Below are positions 50,901-62,478 of a DNA stretch of 64,000 nucleotides, piece by piece. The stretch comes from Scenedesmus sp. PABB004 (lineage: Eukaryota). The notes beneath the pieces are model-generated. The model had not been told where the DNA came from and did no database searches. It was given only the letters and a program-made list of their open reading frames with translations. The first letter of the stretch is position 1. The number at the start of each line of letters is the position of its first letter. A program made the position numbers and the translations under genes. The stretch covers positions 806,001-870,000 of the forward strand of contig JABVCE010000009.1 in assembly GCA_014905635.1 (NCBI GenBank), written 5' to 3'.

Positions 50901-51449
50901 CCCTCGCGCAGGCTCGACGCGCAGCCGCGCAGCGCGTCCAGCAGGGCGACATAGCTGAACTCCGCCGGCGCGTCCGCCGCCGTCTCCAGCTTGCGCCGCA
51001 GCGACTGCAGCTCCTTCACGAAGCTGCGCAGGCGTGAGCGCGGCGGCGGCGGCGCCGGCGGCGGCGCGCGGGGTCGGCGGAGTGACCGGCGGCAGCGCCG
51101 CGGCTGCTGCCGGCCGCGGCGCGGCGCCGCGCGGGCCCGCGGCCCGCTGGAGCGCGTGCTGAGGTGCCTGCTGCGCGCGGCGGTGGGTTTGGGATCCCGG
51201 CGGGCCCGCGGCGCGCACTTGTTGTACAGGGGCGATGCCGGCCCCCTGGCGCGCCCCGCCAGGGCGGCGGCGACATGCTGCCGCAGCGCCTTGGCATGTG
51301 CGGCGGCCTCTGCGAGCGCACGCGCACCGCGGCGTGAGGCGCGGGGGTCGCTGCGCGGCGCGGCGGGCGCTGGCGAGCGCCGCACCCGGCTTGTCGCCCT
51401 GCGACTGGCGGCGCATGCCGTCGCTACTACTACTGCGCGCGCCCGGCAT
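47931..51449 (-). CDS. RRN3: RNA polymerase I-specific transcription initiation factor RRN3/TIF-IA
   Basis: HLLSIDADIKWEEI, ADKLDSLM, HRCKFTQYLVF, AAAAYLGSFLAR, FYAVVQALLYLLCY and LEVFFPFDPYLLQRS. Confidence 0.92.
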   Translation of the reverse strand: MPGARSSSSDGMRRQSQGDKPGAALASARRAAQRPPRLTPRCACARRGRRTCQGAAAACRRRPGGARQGAGIAPVQQVRAAGPPGSQTHRRAQQAPQHALQRAAGPRGAAPRPAAAAALPPVTPPTPRAAAGAAAAALTPAQLREGAAVAAAQAGDGGGRAGGVQLCRPAGRAARLRVEPARGRARRGAHHRAQHAALELHAGAGARSGSRAGAGRAAPARRRTHRAAPRRAARPCARRCWSSRWSWWSRAARSSQTACRRARSRSRGSRRGGGLAGAAPSDAALTRRPRAPPRLVTGAAVQPPAAARQPAAGAGRARRAVDATAAGGRGAGRRGGRDRKGERRVAEHTRPVGSAAGRRCRQRLHGAARRGALTLLPPPLPRPRPRPPRAGGAAGAGAANAAAADARVQHAPQAARPGHAVPLHARRAAAGRGPRGAVAARGPALGRGRAPAVDRRRHQVGGDRRRADAVRPRGGLLRRRGGRRHLRAGGDGGPRHQRRAARRRRPRRRRRRRRGRRPRGAACRAAGRLPRPLGVCRRRRPRRPRRRGRAAPAGCGRDRGQAGQPDGDGVRAPAAPRRRGCAPRPRRVRPPRGRAAPRCSCTTRPRHPARLATPAAPRAARAGQLGAVWQTMLGAFERTLLHAHRCKFTQYLVFFLATKDPLRCCASLATCLMSHLRDARQPPITRAAAAAYLGSFLARCAPAPRPLVVEVLRKLAGVASDYAAAAAAGGALGRSGSGGALVLLRGGPGGASASGSAGALAVVQRHQAFYAVVQALLYLLCYHMQPLLGVQHAQQGAAAQAAQAQAQAAPDAAALAGEVAALVRQQVLPLLSHPLAPLAVCHQAVTHEFVRQALLLGLADEAWEAAALDAVAAHAAAVAAATSAAAAVVVGAPDDTGDAGAGPARPVLRPLEVFFPFDPYLLQRSSRFLDLPTTYVCFSHGQPHAGGAGAAPGGAGGAVGGSSASGSDSDSDSDGGLDDEAALLARAAAAASPDGAGRGRLRSREEAGADDDSSSSSSSSSDDDDDHHHAAAAAAAAPGSAAAPGTGRHAHGRARGRVVPVGLAAAAAAGAAGGGLSSGPSGPSPDLMATSLAAAGGFFGGRPGGRGGPGLSYSPGGGSYGLSPGALMMDGLAGAGGAPGSSPLLGGSPMSLTPYEGGGFMAAVPSHLGGRR

Positions 51450-51819
51450 GCCTCATCAGCGGCGCGGGAGGCGCCGGCGCCGGCAGCACAGCGGCGGGGC
51501 AGCGGCGGGCGCCGGCGCTGCTCGCGGCGCGCGGCGGACGGCGCGCGGCGGACGGCGCGCGGCGCGGCGGCGGCGGCGGCGCGGACTCCGGCGGGCGGGG
51601 TGCCAGGAGTCGCTCTCGGGCGGCGGCGCCGGCCGCCGACCACCGCGCTTGCGCGAACGCCGCTCGAGGGTTCTGCCGCACGAACGCGCCTGTCGCGGCG
51701 GCTGCCGTCGCCGCACGGGCCCCCTCCCTGCCACATACTCGCTCCGCGGCGTGCGGCACGGGGTCAGCAGCGCATGCGCGGCGGCCGCAGCGCGGGCGTG
51801 CCGCCGCCGCTGCTCCGCG

Positions 51820-52325
51820 ATGGACGACGACGACGACCTGGGCGAGCTGGTGGGCCGGCTGCGCTTGAAACGCCAGGCCGCCCGCCCCGCGGCGCGCGCC
51901 CCCGCCCATGCTGCGCCCTGCGGCGCGCCGCCGCAGGACTTTGCGGCCATCGACGCGCTCGAGCAGCAGCACGCGCGGCGCACGACGCAGCAGCCTGCCG
52001 CACCGCCGGCGTGGCCCGGCGCGCAGCAGCAGCAGCAGCAGCAGCAGCATTGGCAGTGCCCGCAGGCCGCACAGGCGCCGGGCGCCGCGTGGCCGCAGGC
52101 GCAGCGCCAGCCGCTGCACGCCCACCCAAACGGAGCGCAGCCGCCGCCGTTCGGCGGGAAGCAGCCGCCGCAGCCGTGGCCATCGCAGCAGCAGCAGCAG
52201 CAGCAGCCGCCGTGGCCGTCGCAGCAGCAGCAGCCATGGCCGCCGCCGCAGCACCAGCAGCAGCAGTGGCCGGCGCCGCAGCAGCCGCCGCCCCAACCGC
52301 CGTGGCCGCCGCACCACGCCGGGCC

Positions 52326-52385
<60 letters not shown>

Positions 52386-55187
52386 GTGGGGCAGCCAGCA
52401 GCCGGGCGCGCAGGGCCAGCCGCCGGTGCCGAGCCAGCAGCAGCGCGCGTGGATGCAGCAGCAGCCGCAGCAGCGTCAGCCGACGCAGGCGGCGCCGCCG
52501 GCGGAGGCCACGCTGGAGCGCCTCATGCAGGCGCCCCACGCGATGGCGGCGCCGCAGCAGCGGCTGGCGCTGGCTCAGCAGCAGCAGCAGCAGCAGCCGG
52601 CGCAGCCGGCGCGCCCCCGCAGCGGCAGCCAGCCCTCGCGCGGCGGCGCGGCGCACGTGCGCCAGGTGGTGCACAAGGATGACCACCTGCTGCCGTACCA
52701 GCAGCAGCCCGCGGCGCAGCTGAAGAAGCACCACGCGGCCGCCGGGCAGGCCAAGCAGGCCGCCAAGGCAGCAGCGGCGCCTGCAGCGGGCGGCCGGGGG
52801 CAGCAGCGCCAGCTGGAGAGCTTCTTTGCCCCTGACCCGGTGCGCCAGGCGGCGCAGCAGGCCCAGCGTGCGGCGCGCAGCCAGCCGGAGCCGGCGGCGC
52901 CGCGGGCTGCGGCCGCGGGGCCGGGGCCTGGGCCCAGCGATGACCCGATCGCGGCGCACAGCGACGAGGAGGCGCCGCCCCGCGGCGCGGCCGGCGCGGC
53001 CGCGCCGGGCGCCCGCGCGCAGCAGCCGGCCGCGCAGCGGGCGCCGCCGCCGGCGCGGCCACAGCCGCAGAAGCCGCAGCGCGTGGACGACCCGGCCGAG
53101 GTGGCGCGCCTGCTCGCGCTCGCGCACCCGGGCGGCGGCGCGGCGCTGCCCAGCCAACTGCTGTCGACGTGCCCGGGCAGCCACGGCGCCGGCGGCGGCA
53201 GCGGCGGGGGCCTGCGCGTCAACCTCGAGGCAGCCAAGTGCGCCCGCCCGCCCCACTCGGCGCCGCCCCGCGCCCGCGCCCGCGCCCGCGCCCGCCTCAC
53301 TCGGCTCACTCGCCCACAACGCCGCCGCCGCCGCTTGCCCGCTGCGCGCCGGCGCAGGTCGTGGCTCTACCCGGCGCACCCGCCGCCGCGGTCGTACCAG
53401 TTTGACATCGCCTGGGCGGCGAGCTACGCCAACACGCTCGTCTGCCTGCCCACGGGGCTCGGCAAGACGCTCATTGCCGCCGTGGTGATGTACAACTACT
53501 ACCGCTGGTTCCCCAAGGCGAGGCGGCCGGGCAGGGCGGCGGCCGGGCCGGGCTGGGCATGGCGGCCGGCCGGGCGGCGCGCCGCGCCGCGCGGGGGGCC
53601 GCGCAGCGGGCCGGGCCCGCGCCCGCGCCGACGGCGCCGCGCGCGCGGGCCGCAGGGCAAGGTGGTGTTCACCGCGCCGACGCGGCCGCTGGTGGAGCAG
53701 CAGATGGAGGCGTGCCGCAGCATCATGGGCGTGCACGCGGTGAGCGCGCCGCGGCGTGCGCGCCCTGCCCAGCCGCCGCGGCGCGGCCGCCGCGCCCGCC
53801 GGCGTGAGGCCCGCCGGCTTGAACGGCGCCCGTTGAACCCTGCGTGTGAGCGCAGGACGACGTCGTCAAGTTCATCAACGTCAGCACCGAGCGCCGCCGC
53901 GAGCTGTGGGGCGACAAGCGCATGCTGTTCATGACGCCCCAGGCGCGCTTGAAAAGCGGGGCGCAGGGGTTCTGTTGGGTTTGGAGGGCTCAGGGTTGAG
54001 GGCTCGGGGGCCATCGGAGGCGGGCGAGCGTGCAGCGGCCAGCGCGCCCAGCGCCGCCGCCCCCCCCCCCGCCGCCGGCGCGCAGACGTTTTGGAACGAC
54101 CTGCGCACCGGCAGCTGCCAGGCGGACGAGCTCGCGGCGCTTGTCGTCGACGAGTGCCACTGGGCGCAGGCGCGGCGCGGCGCGTGCGCCGGGCCCGGCC
54201 CGCGCCCTGCGCCCAGCACTGCCAAGCCGTGCGGCTCAGCCCCGCCGGCCCGCGCACGCCGCGCCGCGGCGCCCGTCGCGCAGGGGGAGCATGACCTGGT
54301 CAAGGCGGTGGGGCGGCTGCGCGAGGAGCGCGCGCGCTTCCGCCTGCTCGGCCTCAGTGCGACGCCGGGGAACAGCTACGCCGCGCTGCAGGCGCGCGCC
54401 GCCGCCGCGCCGGCTGTCACGCGCTTGGGGCTCCACGTCGGCCGCCTGCTCACGCACGCCGCCGCCCCGCACCCCGCGCGTTCGCGCAGTCGGTGATCAG
54501 CAAGCTCGGCATCCAGCGCGTGGAGTTTCGGTCCGAGGAGGACCCTGACGTGGCGCCGCACTGCCACGAGCGCCGCGTCGAGGCGGTGCGCGTGCCGCGC
54601 GGCGACGACGCGCGCCTGCTGCGCGGCCTGCTGCTGCGCCTGCAGCTGAGGCTGGTGATGCGGCTCAATCGAGACGCCCAGGTGCGCGTGCGCCGCCACG
54701 CCGCCGCGCCGCGCCGCGCCAGGCCTGAGGGGACGGCGAGGCGGCGCCCCGCGCGAGGGCTGCCTCACCGCCGCCGCCGCCGGCGCCTGGGCTCGGCTCG
54801 CAGGCGGGGCTGGTCGTGCCAAACGAGCGGCACCTGCTCGGAGCCTTCACCGTGCGCGGCGCGCGCGCCGCGGCCGCCGCGGGCGGCGGCGCGCAGGGCG
54901 GCGGCGGCGGCGCCGGCGGCTTTGGCCGCGGCGGGCTCGGGCGCGGCAGCTTCGCGCCGGCGTTTGCGAGCGGCGGCCTCAAGCCCGCGTGGGGCGGCGG
55001 GGGCGCCGGCGGCGCGCCGGGCGGCGCCCGCAAGGGCGGCGACGGCGGCCTGGGGCGCAGCCTCGCGGTGGACTGGGAGGCGCTTACGCTGCTCGCGGCG
55101 ATCACGGACGCCTACGAGGTCGCCGGCCCCGCCGTTGCGCTCGGGCGCATCGCCGCCGCCGAGGCGGCGGCGCAGGCGGCCGCTGTG

Positions 55188-55244
<57 letters not shown>

Positions 55245-56832
55245 TCAGGCGCCGGCGCCGGCGCGGGCGCCGGCAGCGGCAAGGCCGGCGGCAGCAAGCT
55301 CGCGGGCGAGGCGCTGTTCAAGCTCAAGGGCCTACCGGAGTTTGCCGACCTCCAAGTGCGCCTCAAGGTGCGCGTGCGACCGAGCGCCGGGGCCGTGCGG
55401 GGCGCTTTTGCAGCCCGCGTGCCCGAGGGCCGCCGCTCACCGCGCGCCCCGCTGCCGCGCCGCGCTTGCGCAGCTCCACGCCGCGCAGCCGCACCACAAG
55501 CTGCCGCACCTTGCGGAGCTGCTGACGCAGCACTTTGAGGGCCACGCGGCGGCACGTGGTGGCGGCGGCGGCGGCGGCGACGACGTGACGCGGGCCATCG
55601 TGTTTTGCAGCTACCGCGGCCAGGTGGCGCTCGTGGCCGAGCACCTCAAGCGCCTGGAGCCGGGCATCGTCTGCAAGTGAGCGGGGGAACCGGGACGCGC
55701 TCGCTCGCCGGCCGGCCGGCCGTTAGGCTGGCGCCCGGCGCCAGGGCGCGCGCCGCTCGGCCCGCGATCCACGCGCGCTCGCTGAGCTCGCCCCGCCGCG
55801 CCAGGCCCTTCATCGGCCAGGGCAATGCCAAGAGGCCGGCGGCCGCCGGCAAGGCCGCCGGCAGCGGCGGCGAGCGGCGGCGCGCCGCCGGCGCGGCCGG
55901 CGGCGGCGGCGGCCCGGGCGGCGACGACGGCGCCGACTTTGCCGCCGCCGCCGCGGCTGCGTGGGACGACGCGGGCCTCGCCGGCGGCGACGCGGGCGCG
56001 TGCGCCGCGCCGCCGGCACTGCTGGGCATGAAGCAGGCGGAGCAGAAGGCGGTGCTGCAGGAGTTCCGGGAGGGCCGCTTCCAGGTGCTGCTCGCGACCT
56101 GCATTGGCGAGGAGGGCCTGGACATACCCCAGGTGCGACGTGGCGCGGCGCGGCGCGGCGCGGCTGCATCGCACACGGCGGCGCCGGCGGCGGGCCGCCG
56201 CTGCCAGGTCGGCCCCCGGCTGCCGCGCCTCGGCACGCCGCGCTGCGCACGCGAGCCGCCGCCTGCCCTCCCACCCTGCCCGCCCGGCGTGCCTGCCCGG
56301 CCTCCCTGGTTGACTAAACCCTAAACCCTAAACCCTAAACCCTGACCTCAGGTCGACCTCATCGTCTGCTGGGACTCGTCGACGTCGCCGAGCCGCATGC
56401 GGCAGCGCATGGGGCGCACCGGGCGCAGCCGCCCCGGGCGCGTCGTGTACTTGTTGGACGAGGGCCGCGAGGCGGAGGCGCACGAGGGCAACGCCGCGCG
56501 CGAGGCGCAGGTCAAGGTGCGCGGCGCGGCGCGGCGCGCGCCGCCGGGGCGGCGGCGGGCGCGGCAGCGCGGCGGGCGGGGCGGCGGAGTGCGCGGGGTG
56601 CGCGGGACGGCGGCGCAGTCGCGCGGAGCCGCCGCCGCGCCGCCGCCGCGGGCAGGCGTACCTGCGGGAGGCGGACCGGCGCTTTGACCTGAGCACCCGC
56701 GACACGGCGATGCTGCCGCCGGGCGTGGTGCCGACCGCGACGCTCGTCACGCTGCCGCACCACGCCGCGGAAGTCGCCGCGGCCGCCAAGAAGCAGCGCA
56801 AGCGCAAGCCCGCGCCGGGCGACGACGGCGGG

Positions 56833-56867
<35 letters not shown>

Positions 56868-59800
56868 GGCCGCTGCGCGCCGGCGCTCGCCGACGCCGCA
56901 ACAGGCGGCGGCGGGCGGCTGCGCTGGCGACGGCGGGCTGCAGCAGGGTTACGCAGCAATGAAGCGCGCACGCGGCGCGGCGCGGCAGCAGCAGCTGGAG
57001 CTGCTGCACGACGACGACGACGACGACGATGACTGGGTCGCGGCGCCCGGCTCGCTGCCAGCGCCCGAGCCCGCAGGCGGCGCCGGCGAGGCGGATGAGG
57101 AGGACAGCTGGGGCGCGCCGCCGCCGCCCGCGGGCGCGCGCAGCTGGCTGGACGCGGCGGCGGTGCCTGAGCCGGCGCCAGTCGGCGCGCAGCAGCCGGC
57201 GCAGCAGCGACAGCGGCAGCAGCAGCGCCAGGCGGGGCTGGCCGTCGACCTGGACGCTGGGCTCAACTTTGAGCAGGCGTTTGAGCAGCTGGATGGCGCT
57301 GCGGCGGCCGGGGGAGCAGGCCCACAGCAGGGCGGGCAGCAGCGCGCGCAGCAACAGCCGCCGGCGCCGGCGGCGGCCAGGCCGGCGCGCAAGCTGGTGT
57401 CGAAGAAAGCGGCGGCGGCGCCGCCGCCGCCGCTTCAGCCGCCGCCGCACGCCGCGCAAGGTGACGGCGACGATGACGGCGGCTGGTGCTTCGAGGCCAC
57501 CCAGGCAGACGTGCCGCTGGCGCAGCGGGCGCGCGCGCTCGCGGCGGCGGGGGCGGGCTCGGCGCTGGCGCCCGGCGGCAGCGCAGAGGCGCCCATCGAT
57601 GTCTGCAGCAGCGACGCCGAGCCGGACGCCGCCGAGCCGGACGCCGCCGAGCCGGGCGCGCTTGAAGGGGAGCCGCGGCCGGAGGTGCAGCAGCAGCGGC
57701 TGCCGGCCCCGGCGCCGGCGCTCGACGCCGCGGCGCTGCTTCCGCCGCAGAGCTGGGCGGCGCAGCAGCTGCTCGCCACGCACAGGGCGCGGCACAGCGG
57801 CGCCGCGTCGCCACGCGCGGCGGGCGGCGACGGGGCGCAGGAGGCGGCGCTGCTGGCCAGCCTGGTGGAGGGGCTGATGCGCCCAATGACGCCGCGAGAG
57901 CTGTCTGCGGCGGCAGAGGCGCACGCCTGGCACCCCCTCGCGGGGCTGGCGCTGCTCGGCTGCCCCGGCGTGGTAGCCATCGCGCCTGACGAGGCAGCTG
58001 GGCCGCGCGTGGAGCCGGAGTGCGGCTCACCGGCAGGCAGCAACGCGGACGGCGCAGCTTGGCCGGCGCCAGGAGCTGCCGCGGCGGAGGCGGCGGCTGC
58101 CGACGGCCTGGACTGCTCGGACGACGAGGTCGGCGCCGAGGGCGCGCCCGGGGTGGCGCCGTGGCAGGCGCAGGGGCCGGCCCCCGCCGCGGCCAAGGCA
58201 GGCGCGAGGCCGACGGCGGCCGGCTGGGGCGGCGCGCAGCCGCCGCCGCTGCCGCAGCAGCTGCCGCAGGCGTCGCCGCCGCAGCAGGCGCCCCCAGGGC
58301 AGGAGCAGGAGCTGGCGGGCAGCCCGGCGCCGCTCACCCAGGACGACGTGCCGCTCGCGCAGCGCCTGGCGGGCATGCCTGGCCGCCCGGCAGCCAAGCG
58401 CCCGGCGCCGGGCGCAAAGGGCAGCGGTAAGGCCGGCGGGCAGAAGCGGCAGCGCCGCGCGGCCGCCAAAGCTGCTGCGCCCGGCGCGCAGCCAGCGGAG
58501 GAGCGGCAGCAGGAGCCAGAGCAGCCGCTGTCGCAGTCCGACGTCCCGCTCGCGCAGTGGCCAGTGGGCTGCGGCGCCACCGCGCGGCAGCAGCAGCCGC
58601 AGGCCTCGCAGCTGCCGCTTGCGGCGCGGCGCGCGATGCTGTTCGCGGCGGCAGCGCGGAGCCGCAGCAGCAGCCCAGGAGTGGAACCCCCGGCGTCGCA
58701 GTCTGACGTGCCGCTCGCGCAGCGCCGCGCCTCGCTGCTGGCGGCCGCGGGCGAGCGGGCGACACCGTCGCTGTCAGCGGCGTGCGAGGCGCCACTCACC
58801 CAGGCGGACGTGCCGCTCGCGCAGCGCCGCGCCTCGCTGCTGGCGGCCGCGGGCGAGCGGGCGACACCGCCGCTGCCAGCGGCGTGCGAGGCGCCACTCA
58901 CCCAGGCGGACGTGCCGCTCGCGCAGCGACGAGCGTCGCTGCTGGCGGCGACGGGCGAGCGGCACAGCGTGCTGGCGCCCCGCGGCGTCAGCGCGGCCGC
59001 CGCCGAGCCTGCGGCGGAGCGCACTGCAGCGGAGCCCGCGGCGCTAGCCGCGGCGGGCGGCCTCACGCCCGACCCAGGCGCGGCGCTCGAGCCGCCGTCG
59101 CCGCCAGGTGGTTCGCTGGATGACTGGGACTCGCTGTTGCGGCTGGAAGCGGAAGCGCTGGCGCCCGTGCAGCCCCAGCAGCAACAGCCGCAGCCGCCGC
59201 CACAGCAACAGCAGCAGTCGCCGCGGCAGCAGCAGGAACCGCAGCAGCTGCAGCAGCAGGCGCCGGCGGCAGAGCCGCCCCCGCCGGCGGCGCCGACGCC
59301 CTCGCCGCCGCTGGCGGGCGACAGCTGGGGCGCGCCGGCCGACCCCCTCAGCTCCTGGGGCGCCAACCCTCTGTCGGGGCAGGAAGCGCTGTGGCAGCCG
59401 GCGGAGCCCGCTGAGGCGGCCACGCTGCCGCGGGCCCAGCCCAAGCCAGCGCCGGGCGGTGGCGCGGGCTGGCGGCCGGTGGCGGGCGTGGGCAGGAACC
59501 GGCGGCGCGCGGACCAGCGGCGCTCGGCAGTCCATGTCTCGACCTGGGATGACGTCAGCACGCCGCCAGGCGCAGCGGTCTCGGAGGCACCCGCGCCGGC
59601 GGCGACGGCGGAGGCCAGGGGCGTGCAGCTGCGGCAGCAGCAGGAGCAGGAGCAGCAGCAGGAGCAGGAGACGACCGCCGCAGGCGCAGGCCCGAGCGCG
59701 GCGCTCGCCCCGCCCGCCATCCCGGCTGGGTTCGAGTTCACGCCGCTGCCGGCGCACGACGGCATCGGCGCCACGCCCGCGCTGAGCCTGCGTGCGTCCG

Positions 59801-61816
59801 GGGGGGGCGGCACGCGCTGCGTCGGCAGCGAGCCGCGCGGCGAGGCCCACCTCAGCAGGCAGCTGAGCTACGACGGGGGCGGCGCGCACAGCGCCATGTC
59901 GCCGCCGCCTGCGCGCTCGGCGGCCGCCACGGCCGCCAGGCGCAGCAGCGCAGGCACGGCACCGGGCCAGAGCGGCGGCGGCGGCGCGGCTCGGACGCCC
60001 CTCGCGCGCGGGCCGCACACCTGGGAGGCGGGCGCGGCGTGGGACGCGCTCGCCAGCGGCAGCTGCAGCAAGCCCGGCGCCAGCCAGCAGCGCAGCGCGG
60101 GGCCAGACGCAGCCGCGGCGGGCGGCTTTGCGGCGGCTGCTGCGGCGGTCGCGGGCGAGCTGGGCATGGCGCTGACGCCCCGCCACGCTCGCGCCGCGGA
60201 GCACAGCAGCGCCGAGCCCAGCAGTGGCGCGGTCGGGGGCCAGGCCTTTGCCCGCCGCAAGCGCCGCCGCGGCGCGGGGGCGGTGCTGCTGACCCAGGCG
60301 CCACCGGCGTCGCCGGGCACTGCCGGCGGGAGCGGCGACGAGGCGGAGGTGCTGGCAGACGCCGGCGCCGACGGCGCCGCGGGGCGGCCGGCCGCCCGGC
60401 CGCGCTCGCGGCGGCTGCAGCGCGCCGCCTGCGCGGCGGCGCCGCCGCCGGTGGCGCGCGGCGCCAGGCCCCCCGACGGGCCCGGCCCGCCGCCCAGGGC
60501 GGCGGCGGCGCGCGGCGGCGGGCGCGCGCCCCGGCGCTGGTGCGTCGCCGCTGCCGCGCCACGCCGCGCCGCGCGCTTCGGCAGCGCGGCCGCGGCCCGC
60601 GTGCTCACCGCCCGCCGCCGCCCTGTCGCCGCAGTGCGTTCGTTGAGGAGGCGGCCGCCGACAGCGGCGGCAGCGGCGACAGCGGCGACAGCGGCGATGA
60701 GGGCGAGGGCGAGGAGGACGACCTGTCGGGCTTCATCACCTCCGGCACCGACGCCACCGCCACGCCGCGCAGCGCCGCGCGGCGGCGCAGCGGCGCCACC
60801 GAGCGGTGCGCCGCCGCGGCACGGCGCCCGCCGCCGCGCCGCGCCCGGCGCCGCCACCGCGCCGCGGGGGCCGACTGCGCGCCGCCGCCGCCCCCGCGCC
60901 CGGCCCGTGCCGCTCGCAGCTCCACGCCCGGCCTCGACCTGTACCACCGCTCGCTGCTGTCGCCGACGCCGCGCCGCGCCGGCGGCCACGTCGACATGTG
61001 GGCGCTGGTCAACGGCCGCCGCCGCGCGCCGCCGCGCCCCGGCGGCGCCGGCGCAGGCGCGGCGGACCGCGCCGCGCCCGGCGGCGCCGGCAACCCGCTG
61101 CTGGAGAGCCCCAGCCCCGGCGGCCGCGGCGCCGGCGAGCCGCAGGGCTTCTGCATGACCCTCGCTGACACGCCGAGCTGGTACAAGGCCGCCGGCGAGG
61201 CCGACGAGTACGAGTCGGACGAGTCGGACGGCAGCGGCGCCAGCGGCAGCGAGGAGGACGAGGGCGAGGCGGCCCAGCAGGAGGAGGAGGAGGAGGCGGC
61301 GGGCGCCGGGCCGCGGCGGGGCGCCGCGCGGCAGCGGCGGCACCAGCCGGCGGCCAGCGAGGAGGACGAGGGCGAGGGCATTGAGGAGGCGTCGTCTGAC
61401 GAGGGCTGCGGCGCGCAGCTGCGCCGGGGGCGCCGCGCCGCGGCGCCGCGGCCGCGCGCGGCGGCGGCGGGCGCCGCGGCGAGGTGGTGGTCATCTGCGG
61501 CAGCAGCGACGAGGAGGGCGGCGAGCTGGCGGACAGCAGCGGCGACGAGCGCGGCGGCGGCGCCGCGGCCGGCGCAGGCGCCGCGGCGCGGGGCCGGCGC
61601 GCCGGGCCGCGGCGCGTGGTGCACAGCGAGAGCGAGAGCGAGCCCGGCTGCGGCAGCGCCAGCAGCCACGACGACGCGTGCGCGCTGTGCCGCGGCGACG
61701 GCGAGCTGCTCATGTGCGACGGCTGCCCGCTGAGCTTCCACCTCGCCTGCGTGGGCCTGCGCGCGGTGCCGGACGGCGAGTGGCTGTGCCGCGTGTGCCA
61801 GGGCGGCGGCTACTGA
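51820..61816 (+). CDS. FANCM: FANCM/Mph1-family DEAH helicase/translocase with long disordered region, MM3-like motif and terminal PHD finger
   Basis: RSYQFDI...[64 protein letters not shown] and QRMGRTGR. The acidic motif FVEEAA...DLSGFI...LYHRSLLSP is at ~60640-60965 and the PHD is at ~61670-61800. TGTAA is at 61973. Linking the PHD needs a frame correction at 61390-61484. Confidence 0.88.
52327..52383 (+). repeat. (CAG)19 poly-Gln tract in the FANCM N-terminus
   Basis: Read directly from the sequence. Confidence 0.9.
56314..56341 (+). repeat. Interstitial telomeric repeat (CTAAACC)x4, i.e. TTTAGGG type, inside a FANCM intron
   Basis: ctaaacc x4 is followed by ctgacctcag, whose AG acceptor is at 56350-56351. 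Confidence 0.9.
58705..58962 (+). repeat. Coding tandem repeat, 102-bp unit (34 aa), about 2.5 copies
   Basis: [32 protein letters not shown] units start at 58705, 58807 and 58909. Confidence 0.92.
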
Positions 61817-62034
61817 TCAGCCTCTCATGAGAGAGGGGCAGGTAGGAGGGGGAGGCAGGTGGGGATCAGCCAGGTAGCTGGGCGGGACGCGGGGGTTGCG
61901 GGCGGGGCGCGCGAGAGCACTGCACTCGGTCAGCACAAGCAGCAGCAGCAGCGGGCCTGCTGCTTTCAGCCGTGTAAGCGCGGTTGCGAGGAGGCCCTCA
62001 AGCAGGCAGCGCGTCGCAGCGCTGCGGCGCTCGC

Positions 62035-62407
62035 TCAGCGCCGCTGCCATTCCCGGCCGCGCTGCGACTCCCGGTCTGGCTGCCCGTCCCTGCCGCCGCG
62101 CGGCCGGTCGCCGCCGCCCGCCCTGCCGCGGCTGGCCTCGTCGGCGGCGCGCGGCGGCGTGCGCTGCCGGGGCGGCGCGCTGCCGCAGCTGCTGCTGGTG
62201 CCTGGCCTGCCGCTGCGGCCCGGCCGCTGCCGCTCGGGGCTCCTGCTGCTGGGGCTCCGGCTGCGCTTGGCGCCGGTGCCAGCACCCCTGTGCTGCTGCT
62301 CCTGCTCGCCGTTGTGCGGGGCGCCCGCCGTCACGTCCCGCAGTGCGCCCGGGCCGCCACCCCCAGGCTGCCGGTGCTGCTGGTGCGCTGGCGGCGGCCC
62401 CCGGGGG

Positions 62408-62478
<71 letters not shown>

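Noticed and set aside
56314..56341. True chromosome end or fusion point
   Set aside because: There are only four units, inside an intron, with FANCM motifs continuing in register on both sides.
58705..58962. CRISPR-like array
   Set aside because: The units are contiguous in-frame coding repeats without unique spacers, in a eukaryotic gene with no cas genes.
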